64,000 nucleotides of DNA, taken from the NCBI RefSeq assembly GCF_000150275.1, contig NW_002060961.1, positions 1,082,172 to 1,146,171 of the forward strand, written 5' to 3'. Shown here piece by piece: positions 40,617 to 53,961 of this stretch. The stretch comes from Trichoplax adhaerens. Its lineage: Eukaryota; Animalia; Placozoa. Every line of letters starts with the position of its first letter. The stretch's first letter is position 1. The notes beneath the pieces were generated by a model. That model had not been told where the DNA came from. It ran no database searches and saw nothing but the letters and a program-made list of their open reading frames with translations. The position numbers and the translations under genes are program-made.

Positions 40617-41702
40617 ATGGATAAATCAGTAACCACCCAACAAACAGAAAGTTTAACCGCGGACTATTTATCCAATCTCATCAACATTTATTTAAAATTG
40701 AATGTAGTTATTTATGTATTCATTTTTTGCCTTACGATAGCAACGAACTTATGTATGTTGTCGCTAATTATCTTTAAAAAAAAATTTCATTGTAAATCCG
40801 GTTGGATGAAGGCTAGCATGTTCTTTACTGGTATTTTGTTTGCTCTGCTGTACTTGCTGCCTTGCAGAGTCCTTGGAACTTATTGGGTTAACAATGCTTT
40901 TATCTGCACAATCCTGAGACTAGCTGGTCCTGCCTTAATTATCTCATTTAATTTTCATTGGACTATCATTAACGTTGATCGTTACTTTTATTATTTCTAT
41001 CCGCAATATTATTATGGATATCGTGCTAATATTATAGTAGTTTTATCCGTTGCTGCTATTTGGCTAATTAGTTTACTTTGCGTCGTTATCCCACTTTACA
41101 CTTTTATGTATCCATTAAATGAAGAATGCATCAACCTATATCCTTCTCGCTTTTTATCCCATTTTGTGTATATTCTTATTGTATTTGGTTTATTCTTTTT
41201 GGTTCCCCTAATCATTGTACTGCTCCTTTTTTCTTATATCTTATGTAAAATAAATCACCGCAACCTAAGACAACAAATGATTCCATCGGGTGATGCACAG
41301 ACTGCCATTTTTATGAGAAGAATCAATACTAAGGTTGTTAAACATATGGCCATCATGGTTGGCTTATTTATTATCTTCTGGTTGCCATATATTATTTTAT
41401 CACTAATGAATACCTCAGGATCTTCATTTTCTATGACAGTAGCAGCTATTTTAAGCCAATACTTTGCATTTTCTTATCCAGCAGTGAATCCAATACTTTA
41501 TGCTTGTTTAACGGCGCATTATCGCGGTGAAATTCATCGATTATTATTAAAAAGAACTGCTTTATTTATCGTAAAGCCTAGGTATCTGCCTAAATGGAAT
41601 CAAATACATTTAGTATCTATCCGTAGGAGGCAAACGGTACGTAATAAAAGAATATTAAAGGGTAAATTCGCTTATAATATTCGTCGATATGCCTGGTCAT
41701 AA
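40617..41702 (+). CDS. Orphan class A GPCR (YLxP / FSYPA family)
   Basis: 361-aa ORF with strong Kozak context ACCGCCATGG and an upstream acceptor at 40561. 7 TM segments, NVDRY, FIIFWLPY and QYFAFSYPAVNPILY. Confidence 0.92.
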   Translation: MDKSVTTQQTESLTADYLSNLINIYLKLNVVIYVFIFCLTIATNLCMLSLIIFKKKFHCKSGWMKASMFFTGILFALLYLLPCRVLGTYWVNNAFICTILRLAGPALIISFNFHWTIINVDRYFYYFYPQYYYGYRANIIVVLSVAAIWLISLLCVVIPLYTFMYPLNEECINLYPSRFLSHFVYILIVFGLFFLVPLIIVLLLFSYILCKINHRNLRQQMIPSGDAQTAIFMRRINTKVVKHMAIMVGLFIIFWLPYIILSLMNTSGSSFSMTVAAILSQYFAFSYPAVNPILYACLTAHYRGEIHRLLLKRTALFIVKPRYLPKWNQIHLVSIRRRQTVRNKRILKGKFAYNIRRYAWS

Positions 41703-44700
41703 TATTTCCTAGTTATACATAGATATTACTCCGAATATAACGATAATATTACGCGCTATTTCTTAATTTCTTCGCCTGTTTTATGGATTATAGAAGGCAG
41801 TACATTAATGTCACGGTACGAAATACCGTGAAGAAATAGATATCTAAATTTGGTTAAAATATAATATAGTGATATTATATTACAACTAGTTACTTACAAT
41901 AGGAATTACTCTAATTATAAATATGTTTCAGTAAATTTAATGCTGTGCTGTAATGTGCACTGAAATGATTCTGTGGATGGACATATTGTAGTCCGACTGT
42001 GAAAAATAAGTTAGATAGATGTTCTCACCTAAGTATTTTTAAAGATAACTCGTGAATGTTAGCTGCTGTAGAAGGGTATATAAGCCCGTCAGATAGTTGA
42101 ATAAAGTAGTTCTCAATTGTCTAGTTGAGTTTAACGTAGAAGCAAAGGCGTCTAAATTCTTGTGAGGCAGTAAAGGGATATTTAATCCCGGAGACTATAG
42201 TAATTTAGAGATTTGTTTTACGTTATCCTTGTCACGAAGCTGGTTTGTGACAATTAATAAAAACTCATTCGGTTGAGTTATAATTTTTAGCTATATCATA
42301 TTGGTATCATAGCTAACTTTGTAAAAAGTAACATAATAGTTTTAACTCTTACATTATAGTATCACTACTCTACATTGGAATATGGTCATGAATGATATTA
42401 CCTACTTAAAATATATTGCCTATTTTAATACGATTAGTTTATCCAATTTGCCGTAACAAAAGCTAACGGAAATACGCGACCGTAATCGTACAGATAGTCA
42501 GCTGTTTTGTAAATCTGTTTATAAAATGATTAAAATGAAATTGAATTTTACACCTTTGTTAAAAATTTGATTTTTGCACTTGCTAACAAATTGGCAATAA
42601 ATAATTAATTATGAATAAAATATATCAATCGCCATTCTTGTGCTCTTCATTCTCATCTTTTATTCGGTAGTTCTATTTAATGCACGGATTAGAATTATTT
42701 AAATTATGAAATACAGTGCTAATTCGTGATTTGTGATAAACATTTCGTAATACTATAAAATAATAGAGATCTATTATCGACTAACTCTTCAATACGTGGA
42801 AAATATCATTGCTATTGTTTTCCGTAGTACGTTTCCGAGAATTCATAGAGCACTTAGTGTGCTATAATACTTGCACATTTTCTTGATTGATTTTAGAAAA
42901 CAGTCATTAAGACAAATCTTTATGTAATATCTAGTACAGTACATAATCAATGTATATCGCATGCATTATAATTTGCTGACATGAATACAAAATCTTTTGA
43001 CACGAATAGCTGCATATCAAGGCAAAGTTACAAATTCAAATTTTTATTCAAAAAGAGCTATGTGATATTATCAAAGTTAAAATAGTGGTCATATCGTTGC
43101 TAATAACTGGGATTACATAGAGAGAAAATTGTATTTTGTTTATGAAAAACAAGTTAAAAAATTAAACGTCTTCCTAATGAATATTATTGACAAAGAGAAC
43201 TTATTATATACTTGTTATTGTGCTAATAACCGTTAATAGTGATGCTTTTTATGAGAATCAATATAGCCCAATTCCTTATGTCCTGTATAGAATTTAAATT
43301 GACATGAAATATGTATATTCGCTTCCGGTATACCTGAAAATCATATTACTTTCGTTAACTTCTGAAATAATCATGGAAATCCTGCTAGTTTAAGCTAGTA
43401 AGAAGCAATATGGGTGCTGCTTTAGCACACATCTAAAATATAGTAGAAGTGTCAGATTAAAATATCGTTATTAGTTATATCTTAATATCAAAGGTATTTC
43501 TGAATTTTCGGCTTCATTCTTTTAATTGGCTGATTAATGACTGAATGATATCATTTCAATGTAATTATTGGTAAGAGCGGACAACAGGAATTGGTGATAA
43601 TACTTATTTATCAAACACCAATCCTGACTACATATACTCGGAGTATACCTTTAAGAGATTGGGCAACTAGCATAAATTAGCATAGCAGCCTAATGTAAGC
43701 ATGATTTAGCACTTTCGAATGTTTCATAATTAAATCTTGCAGTAATGATCTCTATGTATGCCTTTACTATTTATAATTCAGCAAAAAAAATAAATATTTA
43801 ACTTCATAGGATCTTAAAATTATTTAATTCATTTGCCTAAAAAGGATTTTTGCTAGCTGAATGAAAACTATAGAAAGCATCGAGTTTTAATTAATGATAT
43901 ATTATTTAATACATTATTCTGGTATAAAATTATTAATAATCATGTTGATAGCTATAATCATCTGCAAGTTTGCACCGTTAATCCTGATTTGAAATAACAT
44001 TAGTAAGATAATTACTTAGCATTGGATCATCAATTTATAATTACAAATTAGATATTCAATTTATCTACCGTTTATGTACATTAAATTAGGGAAGTCAAAT
44101 GTGAAAATATTTGTTCTTTTTAAACGTTTAATTTATATATTTCATTTTTTCTGCAATCTTTTATTCCAAAAGTGGAGATATTGGACTAGCCATAAATTTT
44201 ACTAGTCTAAGCAAGATTAAGATTTGTATATTAAATTCCAATATAATTGCAGTTAAGCAATTATGAAACAGTACTATTGCCATTAAGAAATATCTGTAAG
44301 ACAATTGAGATTTACATACTATTATTAGCCAAGTAATACCTTAACTTTTTCGATAAGGGACTTTTATCCCATAACCAATAGCTAGCGACATACAGTAGAA
44401 TCGGTTGTATAATTTACATTCCAATACACTAACATCATCACATACTAAATATGTTGCATTGCTTGCTAAAAATGATTAAAACGAAATTAGTAATACATCC
44501 AACAATAAATAGCAAATAAAATATTTTTCGCTTGATTGGCCTTAGATGAGAGAGTGTAAATCCTTTCAATTTGGTAAATACACCACAACTATAATCAAGT
44601 AATACATAATCATGTATGGTACGTATACATTACTAACTACAATTCCTGACAAATATGGCCACTGAAAAATGTAAAAGTTAATTTAGATCCTCTTGAGCAT

Positions 44701-47257
44701 TCCCTAAAAATCTTTTAAGTTATTTGCATACGACACAACCCTTACTACAAGATAACTCTGCTCGTTTATAATTCTAATGTCAAAACACTAAAGCTAAACT
44801 GTCTTTCTAAATATTTTATTATATAGACAATTTTATATTTTACTCAACAATAACTGACCTTCTTTTCAGTTTAAGTAAATGCATTTAGTTTTTTAATTCT
44901 ATCCAAATGCGTCAACTTATTCTATCAATATCTTAACAGCTGAAGGGGAATAGCGAAAGTCATTATATTCTTAGAAATTGACCTTGATGAATTCTTAATG
45001 AAGCCAAGTAAGTAATGTAACGAAATTGCTATTAGATAAAATTAGCAAGATCGATCAACGCAAGAACTACGAGTACATCCTAAAAAATTGTAATTCAGAT
45101 AAAGGTAATAACTGAGTTATTATAGCCCTTATCTGCAGTAAGACGTAAAATTTAAATGTGGTAATTTAATTTTAATGGTATAGTATGACTTACATTATTT
45201 TTTATATGTAAATTATTATTCCAAGTTAAGTACAGTAAATGGAAGTAAATTTAGAAATGTATAAGTTTACATAGACTGCTACTGTATTTTACACCTACAT
45301 CAATCTTTCTTTCCAATCGATAAATATTAATCCATAATTTTTTAACTGCTGTTATGCTGAAAACGTTATTTTTGAAGAGGATTTGTAGCTGGTACAATAA
45401 AATATACAATAAACAAATCCCAAAAATGAAATTTGAAATTAAATTTAGTATTTATAGAGCAGCTTTCTTGCATTATATATGCTAAAAAAGTTCAAATAGT
45501 TTCATAGATGCAAAAGATATCACCCATAATGTAACCTATGTCATTAAGCTTACTCGTAAAGTAATGATAAAATTAAATAATTCGCGTATATTCTAGTTAA
45601 CGAACGAATGATAAAAGAGTAATCTGTCTTGGCCAAACTGAAATAAATTTGACTAATTTATAAGGAAACTGAGTAACTTTCCTATAATAGCTAAGAATAC
45701 TTTCGGAGATATCAATTGAAAGTTCAATTTTTCTATTAAAATAAAATTTTAGACATTCTAATACAGTCTGTGAAAATATTCTAAAACAGCAATATAACGA
45801 ATAAATATATGAGATTTTTAACAGCATAGAGAAAAAGCCGTTTATTTCAATACATATTATAACAACTTTCTACTAAGCATTACAATTTGCTGGCTAGCAA
45901 TGAAATTCTTAGTGTAAAATCTATTGTGGGAATCCAAGCTTATTATATCTATTGAAACAGGTTCGGAATAATTAGATCAAAATTGATCGGAGATTTGATT
46001 ATATCGTAAAATAACTGTTGTTTAGACCAATTTCGAATGATACGATTAAATAAAGTTCTTGTTTCTTTGTAAAGGAAAACATAAATTCTGGTAAATTTTA
46101 AAATTTATACATTAATTAACTTCTAAAAGTATCGTTATTGCCATCGCAATCGTTTATAATAGAGTATCAAATAAATATTACTTCTTTAAGTGGGTTTAAG
46201 ACATTTTCGAATAATCAATTGAAAGCCAGACTTTCTTTCTAACATCTTTCGCCATTATTATATATATACCGTTGTTGGTAATAAAATATCGTTAATAACG
46301 TGCTAGAATGCATGAACTACTTAGTTTAAAGTTGCATGCGATGAATTCTTATTACCTAAATATGGAAGAATCTTTAATACGTCCTAATATCACGACGTGA
46401 GTACCGGTAACAGTCGCGAAAGTGTTTAATTATTAGATTAAATTTATATCTTACACTTATAAATTTACGAATAGCGCAGTGAATTTCTTTAAATATATGG
46501 GTATTGATTTAACACAATTAATAAATCATCTCAGGTCCTCGCTATTAATAACACCTTTACTTATATCATATTTGTATTCTATTTTCATACATGTAAATTA
46601 AAGCAAAATTTCTTCATTGCCCTCTAATGAAGTTACTATACTTAGGAAAACGCTAAATATGCTGAACTTGATCCAGCCACCGACTCTTTCGACGTAGAAG
46701 AAAATTTGACTTTATAACATTTTGCAAATTATATTTAAACTCATGGCAACAAATTATTTGATTCAATTGCTATTTGTCTCCTTCGAGACTTAAATATATT
46801 CGAAAGAAAACGTTTTCCTTACGGCTAATTCTAAATAATTTACACCATTTTAATTCAGTATTATGCTAGTACTATACATCCGAAGCCAGTTCCATATATG
46901 TAAGAAACGTTGATAACTGAAGAAATTCTCACGGTATTTATTACCTGAAAAACTGCAGCATTTGGCTTTCTGTCCTATCAGAATAAAATGCAAATATGAG
47001 TAAAGAAAGACAGATAAAAGTTAATGAATAGCATAAAAAGCTCTTGATATAAAATTTTACTATAGATAAGAAAGTAGACTGAGAATTGCGATTCAATTTA
47101 ATTAATTAAGAATAGCCTTTATGTAAATTAAGTAACTTGATAAGCAAAGGAATTTAAAGTCATGATAAATTAACCTGAAGAAAATTTCAGGAGTAATGTT
47201 GTTTCTATTCTGCAAGAAATTGTTTTTATGTTTTTGTAAGCCTTAGCGATATTGAAG

Positions 47258-47492
47258 TAATTTTCGCCATTTTTTCGCTTTAATTACAAGCTCAAGTTGA
47301 ATTCTTAACTATTTAGGGGGCAAATAATGCCAATACGGGCCCGTATAAGTGAGTTAATATGCAAGTATATAATATAATTAGGGCTTTTGTTTATTATTAT
47401 TATCGCTATTTTTCGTTTTGACTGCAAGCTCAAATTGAATTCTTAAATCATTTAGAGAGTAAACAACGCCAATATCGGCCGTTATATGTGTG
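47258..47492. repeat. Degenerate ~140-bp-period tandem duplication
   Basis: TTTTTCGCTTTAATTACAAGCTCAAGTTGAATTCTTAA...GCCAATA (from 47271) versus TTTTTCGTTTTGACTGCAAGCTCAAATTGAATTCTTAA...GCCAATA (from 47409). Confidence 0.7.
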
Positions 47493-49319
47493 TTTCATGT
47501 ATACTTAATATAAATTATCGCGAATTTGGCTACAGAAATATACAATATATTACTATGTAGTAACTCGTTTTATTATGTCATGCGAAAGTGTTGGTGATCA
47601 TGAACCTTCATGACTTTAAAATATTGAAAATTTTAATTTATATTATCATCACAGATTACAATAGCTATGACTATCTATATTGCTTAAGAATAATAAAGAG
47701 CTACTGCTTTTCATTTCTTAGATCGATACCGTAACTTACTAAAACCTACGTATTCAGTTAAGAATTAAGAAAGAGTGCATCACCTGTTATACTTGATTTG
47801 CTTTTAATTTTCAGCTCTTATCTACACATTCTTATTTCATACCGGTAGTAAATGATCTAAATTGACTAATAATTCTCAATCGGTCTCAAAAACAAGGTAG
47901 AATTACATTCAGTAAACCTAAATTAGCTACGCTATGCCAAATTGCTTTACATCATGAACATTGCAATTGTTTCCATTGATTGCACCATGAAGTATTTCCG
48001 ATTTGCATAACAATTAGAAATTAAGTCGTGATAATAGTTGCAATAGAACTCCACTTTGCTATCGATTGATTATACGCATAACAGAGCGAGACAATTGCAA
48101 TTTGATTGTATATTAGCATAGAATAAGGGTTTAAGGTAAAAAATGTCAATCAGGCTTGTAACAATTACATAATTCACCACAATATAGCATAAACTATCTA
48201 TCATGTCCGTTTATACATACACTATTTTCATTTTGCTTTGCATACCGCTTTTTTAATTGTTGTTTAGCCAATACTTTCAAAATCATTGGTTGATATACTG
48301 TACTTCATTAGCATCAATTATTTATATTTTTATCACATCAAACTAAAATATGTGCAAAACTGAAAACCTGGAGGTGAAAATTAAACCTAGAGAATGTAAG
48401 TATCGAATATAGTGTTGGGCTGACTCAGTGACGAAAATAGCATAATTTACAGAGTTTCAGAAATTCTCTTCTTGCTTATAGCATATAGTAATGAAAAAAT
48501 TGTAATCATGCATGCCGTTTGCTTCATGATTATTAACTTTTCAGGAAAATATATCTAATCCTAGCCCAATTTTTTCTTCTAGGATACTAGATAAATTAAT
48601 CTTTAGCATCTGCTCTGCAAAAATATCTAGAAATTAATAATTAATAATAATACTTATCCCCAATTGAATATGCTATTATATTAAATTAATTTCGACTATC
48701 TATACGTACATAGTTTGATTTATATGTAGTGAAGTAAATTCATAAATTTCTCCTTCATTTCTTTTTAGATCAGCATTGTAATAGACCGATTTATAGATAG
48801 ATCAACACCTATTAGAGTAGTCAAATACTGTACTGTTTCTATTGAGTTTTGAAACCTAAAAATAATTTAATGGAACAGATGAGGGTGAGTGTTTTTCAAG
48901 ATATGTGAGAAATTAAATTAGAGCATAGTTAGGTATACGATTAATAATAATTTCGAGTGACTGCGAATAAATTGTGAGTTGAGATTGTTAATTTATATCT
49001 AGGTAAATTATCTGTCTTAAAAAATAAAGGAAATAACCTTCAACGTTCGCTGTTCGAAAATATTAGTTGAACATACCAACTCTAGTCTTTATCTTAGAGA
49101 AATCTTGATAGTAAATAGCATGCATGAATCCAAAAGTTCAGAAATATAATTCGCTAGATGTAGCTTAGCCTAAAAGTGTTAATTGCTTTTATTTCAGCTT
49201 ACATTACTACAGAGATTTCTATTCGTATTTGATTAATATGGTATTGGGAGGTTATCAATTTCAATAATTAAGCTCAATATATCATTAATCAGGATAGAAA
49301 TAAATTTGCTCTATCAATG

Positions 49320-49950
49320 TGTTACAGTGTTATATACTGTATTACAGTAGAAATATCTATGTTAGGATAATTCTATTAGACTATCCTTATTTAGTTAACT
49401 TCTAATTTGGATATACTGTATTTTAATATAGCACTGACTTTTTATGACAGTGACACTTATACACATACTGAAATTAATAGTTATAATAGGGAATGCAAAT
49501 CATCTGCTTACAGTTCGAATCATTGTGATTGTAATTTACTTATGGTAGATTGTAAATTATCATGGAAATGTTCCGTGATAGGACATATCGTAATCTGACT
49601 ATTCTGTATTAGTCATTACATGTCTATGTTCGTAAATACTGTTGTCTGCATTAAGGGAGCAGTAGCTAAAATTAATATCTAATTCAGTAAATGATTCTAA
49701 TGTTAATTGTATTAGCTATGACTCATGAACTATTGAGGAATAGTATATAAATGCAGTATGTCGTGAAATAAAGAAGAATTGTCCAACTTAGTGTTTAACG
49801 TAAAATACGAGGCGTTTAAGTCTTTATGTAGTCTGCTAGTAGAGCAAAAGTGTTTGTGATAGTGCAGATATCGTTCCTTGATACGCGGTTCAAGGAATTG
49901 ACTTATTGATCGTATATTGCGTTATCTTGTTGCAAAGCTGTTTTGTGACA
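49320..49950 (+). mobile_element. Solo LTR, copy 1 (631 bp)
   Basis: Termini TGTTACA...TGTGACA (TG...CA, imperfect inverted ends). Flanks CAATG/CGATG form a 5-bp TSD with 1 mismatch. Internal TATATAAA (~49744) is followed by AATAAA (49767). About 13 substitutions versus copy 2. Confidence 0.85.
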
Positions 49951-50738
49951 CGATGTATTAATTGTTATGATTAAATATAACGCAATAAAAGTCATCAAAT
50001 TTTTCATAGAAACGAGGACAATCAGTAAATTAATTATTTATTGCAATCAGTTGAAGATATTGAGAATGCCTAATTAACCTTCTATGGTGCGTTTCCTCGT
50101 AAACAATTTTTAATGCACCTTGATCACTAGCTGAACAAGACACTTCATTACTAGCTACCCAACAATACATTACTCGTAACAACATTAATAAAACTAAGAT
50201 TTTGATTTAAAAATTTTTTTTTAATTAATAGATTCCTATTGTATTTACTCTAGGCATTATTTCAATCTTAAAATCAAATCAGTTAACGGTGCATTAATTG
50301 TTATTACCGCTTATTGAATTACAGTTTTAAATTAATATCTCCTCAATTAAGTTATTTCATATATGCATAGAGCAGTTACGATTATGTCAGCTCTAAATTG
50401 ACAACAATTACATTATGAATAAGGTTGTCATGCTTGAATAATCTACCATTTTCCTGAAATTAAAATCATTCAGTATTGTCTTAATAGTTATTCCGGATTC
50501 GGTTAACATTTGAATTATCGTAACCATGATCAGTCCAATTAATAGTGATCTTGTATTTGAGAAGAGTATATGGATATCATTATTATGTACTGTTTGATAA
50601 ATTCAATTATCACTATTATTATTTCACAATCTTGCTAGTTATTTTATGATGTGATTTACTGACAATATTTTAGTAAGATCAAACTATCTGTAATTAAGAT
50701 AGGGTAATTCGATCTTGCATACGCTGATGAAGACTATA

Positions 50739-51083
50739 TTAACAATTGATTAAAATAATATCTGATTTCCGTGAGTAAGACATCATTTCCATTTCTCCAA
50801 ATCCAATTATAGTTATAATCATAAACCATAATGATACTGTAAATTCATTAAAATTATAAACATAATGTAAGGATATCTTATGGAATATATGACCTAGACA
50901 ACTATGGTGGATATAATAAGTTATGCTATTGATTACTTGTATCAATCTCAGACTAAAGCTATATCTAGTAAAGATATTTAGGATGGTGCTGAAGTGCTCA
51001 GTATCTATTTTGTCAAAATAGAGAAAGTAATTAGTTTGCCAATATTTTAAATTATGGTTTGATACAATGTTAACAGATAGCAA
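50739..51083 (-). pseudogene. Possible relic of an SK/KCNN-like potassium channel (pore region)
   Basis: FNEFTVSLWFMIITIIGFGEMEMMSYSRK resembles the K+ pore helix/selectivity filter (e.g. MWLISITFLSIGYGDMVPxTYCGK) with two residues missing. A stop follows immediately. Confidence 0.4.
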
Positions 51084-52893
51084 TTACAGATTAGCAATAA
51101 GTATCTTGATGATAAATTATCTCAGTTAGAAGATATTAAATAATTCTACGCTTATATTGATTTCATTGAAAGCTTTTGATGATTGCAAGCTATCAATCCA
51201 ATCAAATATTTTCAGTAATTATAATTATTATTATTATTGATAAGTAGAACAATCCAGGCTTTTACTCCAATTATATCAGCGCGTTATTGCAGTCTAGTTA
51301 TAGTTGCTTATCAGAGTTTTTTATTTCATATTGCAGTAGGAATCATTAAATTCAATTAAATCAATAATAACATAAGCATGGATCTAAATTGCGTTACCAA
51401 AATGTGATTAATCCTAAATGGAATCAATGATACGTTGAATAATAACCTTTACTGATACTTTATCGATGGCTTCGAATGTTACCTTTAAGATAGAAGGAAA
51501 GGCATCGGTTATTTAGTCATACAATTCGATAGAAATCAGTTTTCTTGCTAGATTAAAGGGATGTTATACCAGTAAAATTTTATCCTTAGACTGTAAATCA
51601 TGTTTGCAGTTAAATTGTGAATTATAATTATTGAAACGGTGCGGCTGAAATAGATGTCGGTTTTTATTAGGTTAATTGACCAATTCTAATTTCCGTTCTT
51701 TATCCATTAGTATACAAAATATGAATAGATTATCGATACAGTGATGATTCCATATAGAATTAAATTCAGAATTAAAAGCGAGGAGATATCATCACGCTCT
51801 TTTAGCTTGATGAAGATGACAAGTAAGTGCAGTAGTATTGTTTACATTAGAATTGGACATCGAATTCAGTATTCAAAGTAGGCAAGAAGTTCTTCTGTGT
51901 ATAATTCTTTTAAACAAGTCAACCAGCAGAATTTGATTTTATTGCAGAAGTACAGAAACATATACTCATTTAGTAATTCTTGATATAGGTGCACTCATTT
52001 CCATCGATGTCTAGTATCAAGACTGATTCGACGGTCTTGGATAACATTGATTATGACCAGATTATAATATCAGTTGTTCTTTAATTTATACTTATTAAGG
52101 TTAGTGCCTTGATTGCTTGAAAAGCATGTAAAGGACTAATAAAATGTAGTATTAATATTAAATATTAAGATATAAAGGCTATAATTGTAATGATGTTTGT
52201 GAGTAGAGAAATCAAACTAGCAATGCTAAGATCACTATTGATCGCAATTTACTGTTTCATAAATAGTTATCATCATTCGATGATCCAAAAGCTTAGTATG
52301 GATATTATGGTATTACAGCTAGAGTCATTTTAAAAGGTATCAACGGCTAATGCTATTGCAAAGGCGTGAGGTAAAATAGTTCCCCATGTCTAATCTAATA
52401 ATAACAAGAAGTCCCATTTACAGGAAGTTCACTTAGTGACACTATTATAAAGTCAAGCGTTATGAAGAAAAACTTGGATAAAAGTTGTTTGATATCCTAA
52501 TAATCGATTGTCGCTGGTCGATTTTTCCGATTGACGAAAAATCCACTCCTATGTATTGCTTATATTTCATCTCCGCAACAAAAATAGCAAAAGAAGGATT
52601 TCGATGTTGGAGATGATGATTACTGTACTTTGAGCTTTGCATTGAACTTGAATAATAGTGACGCAGAAGGCAAATTAACTACAGTAAAACGATAACCTTT
52701 AGGGAATAGAGTAAACTAGAGGATGGCGCTAAAGGATAGGTAGAATAGGAAAATATTGTTACAAACTACGAATTTTGTTACAATACATAGAACTAAGAAG
52801 CAATCGATGCCATTAGATTGCGTCGGACATGATCGACGTATCGATAGTCATTTTTTCATGACTAAAATAGCGCTTGACTTTTAACATTGCCAG

Positions 52894-53961
52894 TCATTTA
52901 ACACAATTTGCTTGTTCGACATTGAAAGCGGTAATAGTATGAGCAGATGATTTTCGCTTCCAATCTTGTGCAACAATACTGTCCACAGTTGGATTGTGCA
53001 CAGTATTAGCGCGATTATTGCTTGCCAATCGACTACACAGAAGATTGCCAAGCCATGTAGCACGAACTCGTTTCTCAATTTCCCTACGTAAACTAGCTGT
53101 AAAATAGCCATAAAGGAGTGGATTCATAGCTGGATAGGAAAAAGCTAAATACTGCAAGCTGCGTATCACTTGTGCTGTCGTAGGTGTAACAAATTTGGAG
53201 GAATATAACATTAAAAAGACAACAACGTAAGGCAGCCAAAATAGGATAAAGATACCAATCATGATGGCCATATGTTTGATTGCTCGGATATTACGCTTAA
53301 TGACTGAGATTGGCGTACTAGCACGTCGAGAGATGATTTTATCACGTTGTGTGTGACTGTTAACAATGAACAAGATTTGTGTATAAGTCACAATTAACAC
53401 CAGCAATGGAAAGAAAAATAAAACACTGAAAATAGTGATTAAATAAGCGTGATGGACTGGGTTAGCAGGCCTGAATTTAACACAGGTATTGGGTGGGGGC
53501 ATTAATATTGTAAATAGCGGCAAATATGCACTAAAAATACTCAATAACCAGACAGCGGCTACGGATGACATAGCAATTAAACGCGTTTTCCTCATTTCAT
53601 ATTTAAAGGGAAATATTACGCAAAAGTAGCGATCCAAACTGACTAAGGTTAAATGTAAATTTAAGTTCACAATTAATCCAATACCAGTTAATGGTAGAAC
53701 AGTGCATGCGATTGGATCCTGTTTAACCCACTGATAATAGAGTACCCATCGAGGTAATAAATAAAGTAGGCCAAAGATGATTCCAGCACAAAACATGCTA
53801 GCCATGATCCAGTTGGACATCGTATGAAGTTTACGCTCCGATACAATTAATGCTAACATAAAAATATTAGTCAGGATAGTTAGTCCTGTAATAACGCCGT
53901 AAACGATCGTTGATTGAACTGTTTCGAATGGAATTTCCGTTTGATTGGTTATATTGGACAT
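52894..53961 (-). CDS. Orphan class A GPCR (YLLPRW / FSYPA family)
   Basis: 355-aa ORF with N-terminal NIT/NQT sequons, 7 TM segments, VSLDRY, FILFWLPY and QYLAFSYPAMNPLLY. A probable 5'-UTR acceptor lies at 54127-54128. Confidence 0.93.
   Translation of the reverse strand: MSNITNQTEIPFETVQSTIVYGVITGLTILTNIFMLALIVSERKLHTMSNWIMASMFCAGIIFGLLYLLPRWVLYYQWVKQDPIACTVLPLTGIGLIVNLNLHLTLVSLDRYFCVIFPFKYEMRKTRLIAMSSVAAVWLLSIFSAYLPLFTILMPPPNTCVKFRPANPVHHAYLITIFSVLFFFPLLVLIVTYTQILFIVNSHTQRDKIISRRASTPISVIKRNIRAIKHMAIMIGIFILFWLPYVVVFLMLYSSKFVTPTTAQVIRSLQYLAFSYPAMNPLLYGYFTASLRREIEKRVRATWLGNLLCSRLASNNRANTVHNPTVDSIVAQDWKRKSSAHTITAFNVEQANCVK

Noticed and set aside
49407-49598. 63-aa ORF duplicated at 61897-62088
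   Set aside because: TTG-start ORF inside the LTR, conserved only because the copies are ~98% identical.
52894-53961. Opsin or biogenic-amine receptor assignment for the orphan family
   Set aside because: No Lys at 7.43 (Phe) and no Asp at 3.32 (Gly).
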